DNA of 64,000 nt from Bacilli bacterium (GCA_048359995.1 DBGCPK010000017.1:9240-73239); one strand, 5' to 3'; shown: positions 50,700-61,107, counted from the first letter of the stretch. Made by a program: numbers and translations. The notes: a model not told the origin generated them from the letters alone.

Positions 50700-50753
50700 A
50701 CCGACAAAATTCAACACGATGAAAGCTTATGCTGAAAGCAAAGAGGGAAAGGT

Positions 50754-51068
50754 ATGAAAAATTTTTTAAAAGATATCCTGATATTTCTAGTACTGATGAT
50801 TTTTGTCAGCGTTCTTTTCCAGTCGGTCGGAAATCAAAACAGCGATACATCCGAGATTAAAACGCAGGACAGAATCGATTTGATCGAAGATCAGATCAGT
50901 CAGGGAAACGTCGTCGGCGACGGAGACGACGAAGAAACACCGGTCGAGATTCGGCAGAACAATAATCTTCTTTCCAGAATTTTTAATTCCCTGGCGGATT
51001 TTTTTACCAAAGCCATCGATTTTTTCATCAGTCTGATCATGAAAATCGTTTCGGCGTTTTTAGGATGA
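50754..51068 (+). CDS. hypothetical small membrane protein
   Basis: 104 aa, N-terminal TM, acidic middle, C-terminal amphipathic/TM segment. Confidence 0.4.
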   Translation: MKNFLKDILIFLVLMIFVSVLFQSVGNQNSDTSEIKTQDRIDLIEDQISQGNVVGDGDDEETPVEIRQNNNLLSRIFNSLADFFTKAIDFFISLIMKIVSAFLG

Positions 51069-51290
51069 TTTTTCAATACGAGTAAACTTTTGCAAAAAAC
51101 TTTTTAATATCGATTATTTTTACGATAATATTCGGCCTTTAACTCAAAAACATCTTGCGAACGACGAGGTTTGAAAAAAAGATGCGGGTGGCAGATGTTT
51201 TTCGATTTGATCAAAAGATAAGATATTGAATTTTCGCTTTTTATTGGTTATTCTTATTTTATATGCTTATAAATGAAAAATAAGGGGGGG

Positions 51291-52334
51291 ATGTATATGA
51301 AAAAAAGCAGAGTGATACCGATTTGCTTGCTGATGCTTGTCGGTTGTTCGGGAAATGTCAAAAAGGAAAAGATCGATTTCCGTACCGCGATCGGCCGTTT
51401 GCAGGAGCAAGAAAGAGACCTTGCCGATTTTGATAGAATCGGAGATGTTACGGAAATCAAAAAGATGTATTTCGATTATTCGTCAAAATTCGATGATTCC
51501 GAAACTTCGATTGTTGCTATTTCGGCGGAAAATCTGCGCATTGAGACGGCGAGTTCCGGATGGGTTAACGCAACGAACGGAAACGACCTTGCGGCATATT
51601 CTTCATTCGAAGGAAAAAAACTTTCACTTTCTTATGGTCAGATCGATGAAACGTGGAATAATATTTCTTTAAAAAGTTATCTTTCCGACTCGAATCTTTA
51701 CATCGACTTGTCAAATCGTGAACTGAAACAGGCTTTGATTTCTTTGGGCATCTTACCCGAATCTTGTCCGGATAAAGTATTCACTCCCGTTGATTTCGGC
51801 GAAGTGGAATTTCCGATATTGTCACAGGAGATTATCGACGAATGGACGAAAGGTTCAGGCGAATCCGATTCGACAGAAATCTTCGATTCGGCGATGCAAA
51901 GCGATGGATTTATAGAAACGATTTTAGAGAATTTTACGGAAGTGTACGTATTCGACGAGGGAAAAGATTTTGAATTCAATCTGAATATTACCAAAGATTC
52001 GCTCGTCGGTTTGATGAGGGAGATCGTCGGAGAAACGGGCGATGAATCCTTTGTCGACATATTGGAGGAATCCCTGACATCCGGAGGTTTCGAATACATC
52101 AAGGCGAGTTTCGTCATCGACGATTACCGCATGAAAAAATGGTCTTTGGACTTGAATATCGGATATTCGACGGCAATCGTCGAAGAGGGAACAAGCCTAT
52201 CTTCGGCCTATGAAAAATTCAAATGGATTTTCAAGGCGGAAGCTAAAATGAGTTACGGAAACGAAGTCGTCGTCCCTTCATTGTCCGATTACGATGATTT
52301 TACTCGGATCGATCTTCTTGGTTCCGGCGATTGA
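51291..52334 (+). CDS. hypothetical lipoprotein
   Basis: Signal peptide with lipobox LLMLVGCSG after poly-G RBS; no recognisable domain (not SpoIIP-like). Confidence 0.5.
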   Translation: MYMKKSRVIPICLLMLVGCSGNVKKEKIDFRTAIGRLQEQERDLADFDRIGDVTEIKKMYFDYSSKFDDSETSIVAISAENLRIETASSGWVNATNGNDLAAYSSFEGKKLSLSYGQIDETWNNISLKSYLSDSNLYIDLSNRELKQALISLGILPESCPDKVFTPVDFGEVEFPILSQEIIDEWTKGSGESDSTEIFDSAMQSDGFIETILENFTEVYVFDEGKDFEFNLNITKDSLVGLMREIVGETGDESFVDILEESLTSGGFEYIKASFVIDDYRMKKWSLDLNIGYSTAIVEEGTSLSSAYEKFKWIFKAEAKMSYGNEVVVPSLSDYDDFTRIDLLGSGD

Positions 52335-52414
52335 GAAAACCGAGTTGCTTTCGGGTCCTGCCTTTACTTCTTCGCTTTTTTATCCTAAAATAGACTGGTA
52401 AAGGAGCAACCAAG

Positions 52415-53350
52415 ATGAAAGATTATCCGAGAATCGTATTCATGGGAACGCCGGAAATCGCGGCACATATTCTGACGGGATTGCTGAATGAAAACTATCG
52501 CGTTATCGGTGTGATCGCTCAGGAAGACAAACCGATCGGAAGAAAAAAAATCGTCGAGCCCGTTCCGACGAAAAAAGTCGCACTGGAAAAGAACATTCCT
52601 GTTTTTCAGCCGCGCCGTATCCGACTCGATTACGAATTTGTCAGGGAATTGCAACCGGATTTGATAGTTACCTGCGCGTACGGTCAGATCATTCCGCAGG
52701 AACTGATCGACATTCCTCGATTGGGCTGTATCAACGTTCACGGATCGCTGCTTCCGAAATATCGCGGCGCTTCACCGATTCAACAGGCGTTGATTTCAGG
52801 AGATCGGATCACGGGAGTTACGATATTGGAAATGACGGCGAAAATGGACGCGGGGAAAATGCTTTATAAAAAGGAAATCGCCGTCGCCGAAGATGAAAAT
52901 TACACTTCGCTCTATCAAAAGATCGCAAGTTTGGGATTGCAGGCCCTTTTGGAGATGCTTCCCGATTATGTCGCGGGAAAAATCGCGGGAGAAGTTCAAG
53001 ACGAAAGTTTGGTTTCGACCTGTAAAAAGATTTCCAAAGAAGAAGAACACCTTTCTTTGAATTATTCGTGCAAGGAGTTTGTCGGATATGTCAAAGGACT
53101 TTCCTATTCTCCGGGAGGATACCTCCTTTATGGAACGGAAGTATTCAAAATTCTTCGAGCCGAAATCGTCAACGCGAGAGTCGACGGAGAAGTCGGTCAG
53201 GTGGTTTCGATGGATAAAAACGGCATGATTCTGCAATTGAAAGACGGGCAGGTTTCCCTCCTCGAAGTGCAGAGACAAGGTAAAAAAAGGATGAACGCGG
53301 CTGATTTTATCAACGGCAACAAGCAGATGTATCGCGCGCTGTTAAAGTAA
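52415..53350 (+). CDS. fmt: methionyl-tRNA formyltransferase
   Basis: IVFMGTPE..., HGSLLPKYRGASPIQ, C-terminal Fmt domain; not adjacent to def. Confidence 0.9.
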   Translation: MKDYPRIVFMGTPEIAAHILTGLLNENYRVIGVIAQEDKPIGRKKIVEPVPTKKVALEKNIPVFQPRRIRLDYEFVRELQPDLIVTCAYGQIIPQELIDIPRLGCINVHGSLLPKYRGASPIQQALISGDRITGVTILEMTAKMDAGKMLYKKEIAVAEDENYTSLYQKIASLGLQALLEMLPDYVAGKIAGEVQDESLVSTCKKISKEEEHLSLNYSCKEFVGYVKGLSYSPGGYLLYGTEVFKILRAEIVNARVDGEVGQVVSMDKNGMILQLKDGQVSLLEVQRQGKKRMNAADFINGNKQMYRALLK

Positions 53351-54676
53351 GGTTTCAAGGAAATCCGTCAGCGATTTTACAGCAATCTCAATCCGATCTT
53401 CCGAGATGGCCGAAAAGAAGAGAATCAAACGAGAATCTTCTTTTTTTTTCGAAAAATCGCCGATAAAATCGATTTTGATTCCCGCTTTTTCCAAGCGCTC
53501 TTTCAGTATCGGCAAAGGTAGGGACCGCTTGAAGCGAACCAAAAAAGACAATTCGTTTTCGCGATATGAAAGAAACGGACAGCGATCCAAAACTTTTCGA
53601 ATGGTTTCCTTTTTTTTCGCATTGATTCTCTTGATCTTACCGATATGGCGGTAGTAATATCCTTCTCTCAGAAAAATGCCGATGAAACCTTGATCGAGCG
53701 AAGAAATCCGGGAAGAAGAGTAACGATAGATTTGCCTGTAACGTTTCTCCATTCCGGAGGGAAGAAGGAGATATCCGATCCGAATCCCCGGCCCGATGGT
53801 ATGGGTAAATGTGCCGTAATAAAAGACCTTATCGGTATTCAACGAGTAAATCGTGGAAACATATCCTTTTCTGGAAATCAAATCGCAATCGAAGTCGTCT
53901 TCGAAAATGTAACGACAAGGCGATTGTGCGATGGCTTTTTTTCTTCGACTCGACATTTTAACTCCGGTCGGAAATTGATTATAAGGAGTCAAATACACAA
54001 GCGAATACGGTTTTTGGGGAACGGCGGCGCCTTCTTCATCCATCGGCAGATAATCGATCGCGCATTTCCGACTGAAAAAACGAAGAATTCTGTGATAACC
54101 CGGATTTTCGATTCCGAGCGATTCCGGCGATATCAGGGAAGCGACGACGGATAAACTTTCTTCCAGCGAAGAAACGATGACGATGCTCTCGATATCTACC
54201 TCGATTCCTTTATTTTCGAGAAGGTAACGGGCGATGGAGGAACGCAATCGGAGATCTCCCTGATAGGGCGATTTGTTCATCAAAATGTCCGGTTGGTTCA
54301 TCAGCAGATTGTTGATGATTTTTTTGAATGTGAAAGAGGGAAACGACGCTTGATCGACTTTGGCGCTGGTGAAATCCCAGCGGTAGGATTTTTCTTTTTC
54401 TTCATAGGCGGATTCCTTTTCCGGAGAAGGAGCATACGATTCGGCGACGAAATATCCGGATTTTTCACGGCTGTAAATGTATCCTTCCTGCAACAGCAGA
54501 TCATACCCCGAACAAACCGTGTTTACCGAAACGCCGAGATTTTTCCCGAGCGCGCGTTTGGAAGGAAGCTTTTCGTCTTTTTGGAGACTTCCTTTCAAAA
54601 TTCTCTTTTTAATCTCCTTATAGATCGTAAGGTATTTCCGTTCTTCGGGAGAGAAATTGATCGTTAAATTTTCCAT
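53342..54676 (-). CDS. MocR/PdxR-type regulator (GntR HTH plus class I aminotransferase-like domain)
   Basis: N-terminal wHTH (KLPSKRALGKNLGVSVNTV), C-terminal AAT-like fold; start at MENLTINF. Confidence 0.7.
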   Translation of the reverse strand: MENLTINFSPEERKYLTIYKEIKKRILKGSLQKDEKLPSKRALGKNLGVSVNTVCSGYDLLLQEGYIYSREKSGYFVAESYAPSPEKESAYEEKEKSYRWDFTSAKVDQASFPSFTFKKIINNLLMNQPDILMNKSPYQGDLRLRSSIARYLLENKGIEVDIESIVIVSSLEESLSVVASLISPESLGIENPGYHRILRFFSRKCAIDYLPMDEEGAAVPQKPYSLVYLTPYNQFPTGVKMSSRRKKAIAQSPCRYIFEDDFDCDLISRKGYVSTIYSLNTDKVFYYGTFTHTIGPGIRIGYLLLPSGMEKRYRQIYRYSSSRISSLDQGFIGIFLREGYYYRHIGKIKRINAKKKETIRKVLDRCPFLSYRENELSFLVRFKRSLPLPILKERLEKAGIKIDFIGDFSKKKEDSRLILFFSAISEDRIEIAVKSLTDFLETLL

Positions 54677-54757
54677 CTGATACCTAAAATTATTTCTAAA
54701 TTGGTAGTTAAATAGTATCACATCGATTCAATAATATATAGAGGGAGATGAAAAATA

Positions 54758-55543
54758 ATGAAAAAAACGAATTCTCGCGAGATGCTCTACCGAATGATCG
54801 AGGTGGCTTTGTTTTCTTCGCTTTGCTTTCTGGGAACGTATATCTCGATTCCTTTCGGAATCAGCAAAGTGCATCTGGGAAACTTTATCTGTATTCTTGC
54901 CGGATTTCTTTTAGGAGGTTGGGTCGGAGGTCTTTCCGGCGCAATAGGGATGGGTTTGAACGATCTGGTTTCTTCTTACGGACCGGATACGATTATAAGG
55001 ACGGTTATCGTCAAGTTTATCGTAGGTTTTCTGGCCGGCGTTTTGCTTCGCCTTTGTCTGAAAAAGAAAGTATGGAAAGGGTTCTTCGTCATATCCGAAG
55101 GAGCATTTTTCGGAGGTTTTGTCGCACTGCTGTCGCTTTATTGCGTCTACGGCGACTCTTTTGAGATATTCGGAAGAACATTCGGCAATTCGCTGTTTCT
55201 CGTCGTTTGTCTCGGCATTTTCTCCGTCTTGAATTTGATCGCGCTGATCTTATCGTTTATCGTGAGACAGGATCGGAAATGGATTCTTTTATGCGCGTCT
55301 TTAGTGACTACCATCAATGTTCTTTTGGAGTTTCTTTTGAAAATACCGTTTAAAATGCTGATGGCGGCGATGAATTTCGAACAGGCGACGGCTTATGCGA
55401 TTACCAGCCTTCCCAGCGCGTTGATGACGGCTATCGTTACCACGATTCTGATCACGTTGGCGTTTTATCCGATTTATCTCGCCACTCGGAGATTCAACCG
55501 ATTCGACGATTTGCATTTTGGGCTGGAAGAGCCTAAAATTTAG
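54758..55543 (+). CDS. ECF-type transporter substrate-specific (S) component, vitamin uptake (possibly B6)
   Basis: ~6-TM small integral membrane protein with GP.. and G-rich helices typical of ECF S components; divergent from MocR/PdxR-like regulator. Confidence 0.5.
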   Translation: MKKTNSREMLYRMIEVALFSSLCFLGTYISIPFGISKVHLGNFICILAGFLLGGWVGGLSGAIGMGLNDLVSSYGPDTIIRTVIVKFIVGFLAGVLLRLCLKKKVWKGFFVISEGAFFGGFVALLSLYCVYGDSFEIFGRTFGNSLFLVVCLGIFSVLNLIALILSFIVRQDRKWILLCASLVTTINVLLEFLLKIPFKMLMAAMNFEQATAYAITSLPSALMTAIVTTILITLAFYPIYLATRRFNRFDDLHFGLEEPKI

Positions 55544-55634
55544 ATTTTTACCCATTTCTTCTAAAATTGGGCTAAAATAGCCTATTCTTCGCCGTGAAGG
55601 CATACAATAAAGTGTAAGACACCTCTAGGACACG

Positions 55635-55660
55635 GCAAGGCCTCTCGGCCTTGCTTTTTT
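55635..55660 (+). terminator. rho-independent terminator
   Basis: GCAAGGCCtctcGGCCTTGC plus TTTTTT. Confidence 0.7.
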
Positions 55661-55753
55661 GAATCGAGCAACATTCGGGGAAATAATGCGAATTTGTTGT
55701 GTTGCGATGCGATAAAGGTTAAAATAAAACCAAATGTAAGTGTGAGGGGCATT

Positions 55754-57418
55754 ATGGGAATTTTTCAATATCTGTTGATTCTTCTAACCGGATGCGGAAT
55801 CTTTATTGCCGGAATGAATATGCTCAGCGGCGGGTTGGAAAAAACGACGGGCCCCGGACTGAAAAGATTGATGGGGAAAATCAGCGACAATCGTTTCGTC
55901 GGCGTCGGAATCGGACTGAGTGTTACGGCATTCGTGCAGAGTTCGTCGGCGACGACGGTGATGACGATCGGGTTTGTCAACGCCGGTGTGATGAACCTTT
56001 TTCAGGCCACATCGATCATCATGGGATCGAATATCGGTACGACGATCACGGGACTGATCGTTTCACTATCGGCTTTCGATGTCACATTGTATGCTTCTTT
56101 TTTGACATTTATCGGGGTAGTGATGATGTTTTTCAAAAAAGAGATCGTGAAAAATATCGGGAGCGTTCTTTGCGGTTTAGGGTTGCTTTTCGTCGGTTTG
56201 GAAACGATGGGCGGCGCGTTTGACAATGCGGAGATTAAGAATTTTTTCGAAAAACTCTTTGCTTCGATCGATTTTCCTCTGCTTCTCATTCTTTTGGGAA
56301 TGCTCTTTACCGCGCTTCTGCAGAGTTCTTCGGCGATGACCGGACTTATCATCATTATGGTCGGAAAAGGCGCGCTTTCGGTTTCGAATGCGTTGTTTAT
56401 CGTTCTCGGATCGAATATCGGCACTTGCGTTACGGCTTTGCTGGCATCGATAGGAACGGAAACCAACGCCAAACGGACGGCATTTATCCATTTGCTTTTC
56501 AATGTGATCGGAACGGTGGTCTTTACGATCGTTCTTCTTCCGTTGTCCGATTCGGTTTCCAAGATGCTTGAAGCCGTTTTCCACAATCCTCAGATGGAAA
56601 TCGCGGGATTTCATCTCCTTTTCAATACGACAACTACCTTGCTGTTATTGCCGTTTGTCAAACCTTTGGTCAGGCTTTCGACGATCGTCGTCAAAGATAA
56701 GAAGAAATCGGAAGAGAAATTTCATCTTCGCTTTATCGATCATCGCCTGCTTTCGACTCCCGCGGTCGCTTTGATGCAGGTCAAAAGGGAAGTCGAGTTC
56801 ATGGCGGGATTGGCTCAGACCAATTTGGAAAAGTCGATTTCAGAGCTGATAGAACAAAAAAATTTATACGGGAAAGAGATTGTAAATACAGAGGAAGAGG
56901 TTGACTTTATTAACAATCAACTCACTAAATTTCTCATCGAATTGTCCCCTTTGATGGATCAGCATCAGGAAAAAGAAGTAGGATCTTATTTTCATGTCGT
57001 CAACGATATCGAACGAATCGGCGACCACGCTTTGAATTTCTTTGAGTTGAGTCAAAGAATGAAAAAGGAAGAATTGATCTTTTCGGAAGATGCGATGGAA
57101 GAATTAAAAGAGATGTATGGAAAAATACAATCGATGTTTTTGATCGCTTTGGGCGTATTTGACGATGGAAACGAGCAGCATTTAACGGAATTGAATCATT
57201 TGGAAGATGAGGTGGACGAGTTGAAGAATTATCTTACTTCCAGACATTATATGCGTTTATCGATGGGAAATTGCCGCATGGAATTAAGCGCCTATTTCTA
57301 CTCCCTGGTTTCGGGATTGGAAAGGATCGGCGATCATCTCGTCAACATCGGTTACAGTATCGTCAATCCGACCGGCTCTCAAAATCAGACGAAGCTTTCG
57401 GATTCTTCCGAAAAATAA
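55754..57418 (+). CDS. Na+/phosphate symporter (NptA/YjbB family) with C-terminal PhoU-like domains
   Basis: Two Na_Pi_cotrans repeats (GSNIGTT... twice), C-terminal PhoU-like helical repeats (..IERIGDH.. twice). Confidence 0.8.
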   Translation: MGIFQYLLILLTGCGIFIAGMNMLSGGLEKTTGPGLKRLMGKISDNRFVGVGIGLSVTAFVQSSSATTVMTIGFVNAGVMNLFQATSIIMGSNIGTTITGLIVSLSAFDVTLYASFLTFIGVVMMFFKKEIVKNIGSVLCGLGLLFVGLETMGGAFDNAEIKNFFEKLFASIDFPLLLILLGMLFTALLQSSSAMTGLIIIMVGKGALSVSNALFIVLGSNIGTCVTALLASIGTETNAKRTAFIHLLFNVIGTVVFTIVLLPLSDSVSKMLEAVFHNPQMEIAGFHLLFNTTTTLLLLPFVKPLVRLSTIVVKDKKKSEEKFHLRFIDHRLLSTPAVALMQVKREVEFMAGLAQTNLEKSISELIEQKNLYGKEIVNTEEEVDFINNQLTKFLIELSPLMDQHQEKEVGSYFHVVNDIERIGDHALNFFELSQRMKKEELIFSEDAMEELKEMYGKIQSMFLIALGVFDDGNEQHLTELNHLEDEVDELKNYLTSRHYMRLSMGNCRMELSAYFYSLVSGLERIGDHLVNIGYSIVNPTGSQNQTKLSDSSEK

Positions 57419-57520
57419 TAGCGGAAAATTTTGCGCGGAATATTGGATTGGAAACAAGGCTTATGAATTTACTGCGAACGCGGGCAGTCACTGAATAATA
57501 TTTTCATATGGTTTCTTTTT

Positions 57521-57560
57521 CATAAAAAGGTTCGACTGCATCGCATCGAACCTATTTTTC
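57521..57560. terminator. bidirectional terminator
   Basis: GGTTCGActgcatcgcaTCGAACC flanked by A-run and T-run. Confidence 0.55.
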
Positions 57561-57637
57561 CTTGATGGCAAGGGCGATATATTTTTAATACGAATGCACA
57601 CCCTTGCAAGATAATGCACACCCCTATAAATTGAAAT

Positions 57638-57955
57638 TTATCGCTTTTTAATTTTCGGCGTCGGCAACTCGTCAAACATCGCATTAAACAGCCCTGCCAA
57701 ATATTCTTTGTCGTCTACGTTATCCACAAGCAGCATTTCTTTTGCGCCTTCATACGGTAAAGAGTATTTCGCTTGGGGCATATAAGAGATTGAGGTTTTT
57801 ACGGGCTTTACAAGCAATCTGTCATCATAAATTCCGCCGATAAGTTTACCGCGATAGTAGATAAGAAATTCACCCATCATAGGCTTATAGGTTATTTCGG
57901 TCAAGTCCGATAATTGCTCCAAAACGAAATTCAAATATTCTTTATTAGATGGCAT
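57638..57955 (-). CDS. TfoX N-terminal domain-like protein
   Basis: 105 aa, ...GEFLIYYRGKLIGGIYDDRLLVK... resembles TfoX_N/Sxy N-domain. Confidence 0.45.
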   Translation of the reverse strand: MPSNKEYLNFVLEQLSDLTEITYKPMMGEFLIYYRGKLIGGIYDDRLLVKPVKTSISYMPQAKYSLPYEGAKEMLLVDNVDDKEYLAGLFNAMFDELPTPKIKKR

Positions 57956-58087
57956 AAATCCTCCGCTAAATTACTGTTTATCTTTCTGTTGCTAATTACA
58001 ACTCGCAAATATTATACTACAAAATTCGTAAAAACGCAAAAAAAGAAACCCTACTCAAAAACTTCAATCTTTATTTCTATTACAATT

Positions 58088-58130
58088 TTAAAAAAAGGTA
58101 TTGATACACAGTAATTGTGTCATCAATACC
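58088..58130 (-). terminator. terminator downstream of tRNA cluster (minus strand)
   Basis: GGTATTGATgacacaattactgtgtATCAATACC hairpin followed by T-run on minus strand. Confidence 0.55.
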
Positions 58131-58140
58131 TATGTTTACT

Positions 58141-58216
58141 TATGGTGGAGCTGAAGAGGATCGAACTCTCTACCTCCTGAATGCAAATCAGGCGCTCTCC
58201 CAAGTGAGCTACAGCC
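58141..58216 (-). tRNA. tRNA-Ala (anticodon TGC)
   Basis: Reverse complement GGGGCTGTAGCTCA...CTGATTTGCATTCAG...TTCGATCC...CTCCACCA; G3:U70 pair; CCA encoded. Confidence 0.8.
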
Positions 58217-58267
58217 CCGAGGTGTATAGAAACAACGGAGAGTATCCTCTCCGAAGGAATCGGCAAA

Positions 58268-58344
58268 TGGTCGGGAAAACAGGATTTGAACCTGCGACCC
58301 TCTGTTCCCAAAACAGATGCACTACCAAGCTGTGCTATTTCCCG
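58268..58344 (-). tRNA. tRNA-Pro (anticodon TGG)
   Basis: Reverse complement CGGGAAATAGCACAGC...TCTGTTTTGGGAACAGA...GTTCAAATCC...TTTCCCGACCA. Confidence 0.75.
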
Positions 58345-58349
58345 TTGAA

Positions 58350-58426
58350 TGGCGCGCTAAGCAAGAATCGAACTCGCAACCTCCAGATTCGTAGTCTGAC
58401 ACTCTATCCAGTTGAGCTATTAGCGC
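58350..58426 (-). tRNA. tRNA-Arg (anticodon ACG)
   Basis: Reverse complement GCGCTAATAGCTCAACTGGATAGAGT...TCAGACTACGAATCTGG...GTTCGATTC...TTAGCGCGCCA. Confidence 0.75.
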
Positions 58427-58489
58427 GTTTTTCCTCTATAATATACACCTGAAAATGCGCGAATTCAAGAAAATCGACTTGAATTCCGA

Positions 58490-58564
58490 TTTCCGGAATG
58501 GAGGTTCCTGTCGGATTCGAACCAACGGTCATTGAGTTGCAGTCAATTGCCTTGCCAACTTGGC
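58490..58564 (-). tRNA. tRNA-Cys (anticodon GCA)
   Basis: Reverse complement GGTTCCTTAGCCAAGTTGG...ATTGACTGCAACTCAAT...GGTTCGAATCC...AGGAACCTCCA. Confidence 0.7.
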
Positions 58565-58760
58565 TAAGGAACCAGATCATTCGCGTTATTCATCATATCA
58601 AAGTAGCCGTTGAAATGCAATTGTTATTTGAAAAAATACAACAATCTCCGACTGCTTTGAGATACTTATTTTATGCAGAAAGAAGAGGAAATGTGCCAAT
58701 CGAACGCAAAAGGTTTAAATTTTAGTGGGGATCGAATAAAATGTTCGAGGTGAAAGAAAA

Positions 58761-60620
58761 ATGAAGACGATTTTGACCGTTCAGAATATGTATTTCTCGT
58801 TTCCGACGGAAAGATTGTTTTGCGATGTCACTTTTTCCGTTTACGCCAAAGACCGCGTCGCCATCATCGGTGCAAACGGGACAGGCAAAACTACGCTGGT
58901 CAAATTGATTTTAAATCGCGAAATTCCGGATAAGGGGATGGTCGCATTGTCCAAAGGAGTCAGTATCGGCTATCTTTCGCAAGAGGTAATCCAAAACGAA
59001 GAAAATACGCTTTATCAGGAGGCACTTCTCGTCTTTGAACCCTTGATCCGATTAGAAAAAGAACTGGAAGATATGGAGAAAGCGATCGCATCTCAACCGG
59101 ACGACGTCCGCCTGATGGAAGAATACGGAAAAAAGCAGCATTTTTTTCAAATCCGCGGCGGATACGATTATCCTTATCTCATCGAAATGTTTTTGACGAA
59201 ATTCGGATTTCGAAAAGAGGAATTCGACCGGAAAATCAGCACTTTTTCCGGCGGGGAAAAAACGAAGATGAGTTTTGCGAAACTCCTTTTGATGAAACCG
59301 GAATTGCTGATTCTCGACGAACCGACCAATCACTTGGATTTATCCACCGTTGAATGGCTGGAAGATTATCTGAAAAACTATGACGGAACTTTGATTTTCG
59401 TTTCCCACGACCGCTATTTTATCAACAAGCTCGCCGATAAAATCTTCGAGATCGACGATTATCGCGTGAACGAATACAAAGGAAATTATGATTTTTATGT
59501 CATGGAGAAGAGAATTCGATATGAGCAGCAATTGAAAGCGTATCATCAGCAACAGAAAGAGATTGCTAAGATGAAACGGTTTATCGAGTTTTATATGCCG
59601 AAACCGCGTTTCGTTTCTCGCGCGAAAGACCGACTCAACAAGCTGAATCGACTGAAAATCATCGAAAAACCGACAGAAGAAAAGACGATGAAGATATCTT
59701 TCAAAGGCGATTCGATGCTCGGAAAGAAGATGTTCGGATTCGAAGATATGGCAATCGGATACGATCCCGATCACCCTTTGATCGTTCATATTAACGCTTT
59801 GGTTATGGGCAAAGATCGGTTGGCAATTATGGGCGATAACGGCACCGGAAAAACGACGATATTAAAGTGCATTTTAGGAGAGATCCAGCCGTTGGAAGGC
59901 AAAATCCTCCGCTATCGTGATTGCAATATCGGCTATGTTGATCAGCATCATTTCGATATCAAAGGGGAGAAAACCTTGGTTGAATATATGACGGATCTTT
60001 TTCCGTCGATGGGAGAAAAAGCCGTCTGCAACCATTTGGGCAGATTTAATTTTTCCGACGATGACTTTTACAAAACGCCCGATATGCTTTCCGGAGGAGA
60101 GAAAATGCGTCTGCTTTTGGCAAAAATTATCTTGAACGATTACGATCTCCTCTTGCTAGATGAACCGACCAATCATCTGGATATGATTACTAAGCAAGCG
60201 CTGATCCGCGCTTTGGATGATTATGAAGGTACGATCATTTTCGTTTCGCACGATCGCCATTTTGTAGACGAAATGGCGAATAAAATTCTCTATTTTTGCG
60301 ATGGAAAAGCGTATTTTCACGAAGGAAATTATCAGGATTTCAAAGAAAAAGAGCAGGAACTCTTTTCTTTTGAACCTGTAGAAAAAAGGAATTTTATTGA
60401 GGAAAAGAAAATTGAAAAAAGAGAAAAAAAACCGATTTCGACAGGAAAATTGGAAATTCAAATTTCTCAGATCGAAAAAGAGATTGCCGAATTGAAAAAA
60501 TCGCAATTCAATGAAGAGGTTTATTCCGATAGAGAAAAATCGGAAGAGGTCGAAAGAAAGATCGAAAAACTGGAAGAGAAGTTGGCCGCATTAAGCGAGG
60601 AATATCTGGAAAGAATGTAA
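58761..60620 (+). CDS. ABC-F family ATPase (tandem ABC domains, C-terminal coiled coil; translation-factor-type, Uup/YdiF-like)
   Basis: Two Walker A (GANGTGKTT, GDNGTGKTT), two LSGGE signatures, no TMD, K/E-rich C-terminal helix. Confidence 0.8.
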   Translation: MKTILTVQNMYFSFPTERLFCDVTFSVYAKDRVAIIGANGTGKTTLVKLILNREIPDKGMVALSKGVSIGYLSQEVIQNEENTLYQEALLVFEPLIRLEKELEDMEKAIASQPDDVRLMEEYGKKQHFFQIRGGYDYPYLIEMFLTKFGFRKEEFDRKISTFSGGEKTKMSFAKLLLMKPELLILDEPTNHLDLSTVEWLEDYLKNYDGTLIFVSHDRYFINKLADKIFEIDDYRVNEYKGNYDFYVMEKRIRYEQQLKAYHQQQKEIAKMKRFIEFYMPKPRFVSRAKDRLNKLNRLKIIEKPTEEKTMKISFKGDSMLGKKMFGFEDMAIGYDPDHPLIVHINALVMGKDRLAIMGDNGTGKTTILKCILGEIQPLEGKILRYRDCNIGYVDQHHFDIKGEKTLVEYMTDLFPSMGEKAVCNHLGRFNFSDDDFYKTPDMLSGGEKMRLLLAKIILNDYDLLLLDEPTNHLDMITKQALIRALDDYEGTIIFVSHDRHFVDEMANKILYFCDGKAYFHEGNYQDFKEKEQELFSFEPVEKRNFIEEKKIEKREKKPISTGKLEIQISQIEKEIAELKKSQFNEEVYSDREKSEEVERKIEKLEEKLAALSEEYLERM

Positions 60621-60681
60621 AAATTCTTGATAATGAATTGCTTTGATGATAAGATAACTAATGCTTTCGGAGGTAATTCCT

Positions 60682-61107
60682 ATGTTGATCGACGAGATTA
60701 AAAAAGCGAAAATGACGGCGATGAAAGAGAAAGACAACGCTGCCAGAGCGATTTACGATATCGTAGTCAATAAATATCTTCTCTTGTCCATTTCAAAGCG
60801 CGAAGAGGGCAAGGAAGTTACTGACACCGATATGGTTCAGATTATCGTCAAAACTCTGAAAGAACTTGCCGATGAAAAAGACGGATATGTCAAGACCGGA
60901 AGAACGGAGAGCGTCGAAGCTATCAGCCATCAAGAAGATGTTTTGAAAAAATATCTGCCTACGATGTTGAGTGAGGCGGAGATTCGCGCGGAAATTCAAA
61001 AGCTTCCGGATCAGTCGCTGCCGACGATTATGAAACATTTTAAAGTCAATTTTCAAGGCAAAGTCGATATGGCTTTGGTCAGTAAAATCGCCAAATCGAT
61101 CAGTTAG
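60682..61107 (+). CDS. yqeY: GatB/YqeY domain protein
   Basis: ~140-aa helical GatB_Yqey fold; start at MLIDEIKKAK after GGAGG RBS. Confidence 0.7.
   Translation: MLIDEIKKAKMTAMKEKDNAARAIYDIVVNKYLLLSISKREEGKEVTDTDMVQIIVKTLKELADEKDGYVKTGRTESVEAISHQEDVLKKYLPTMLSEAEIRAEIQKLPDQSLPTIMKHFKVNFQGKVDMALVSKIAKSIS

Noticed and set aside
50754-52334. Genes downstream of gpr as spoIIP
   Set aside because: Neither product shows the SpoIIP amidase-like motifs; they are a small membrane protein and a lipoprotein of unknown function.
58117-58452. ORF-track entries 58117..58452 (+) and 58123..58311 (-)
   Set aside because: They lie across the tRNA-Ala/Pro/Arg cluster; the region is RNA-coding.
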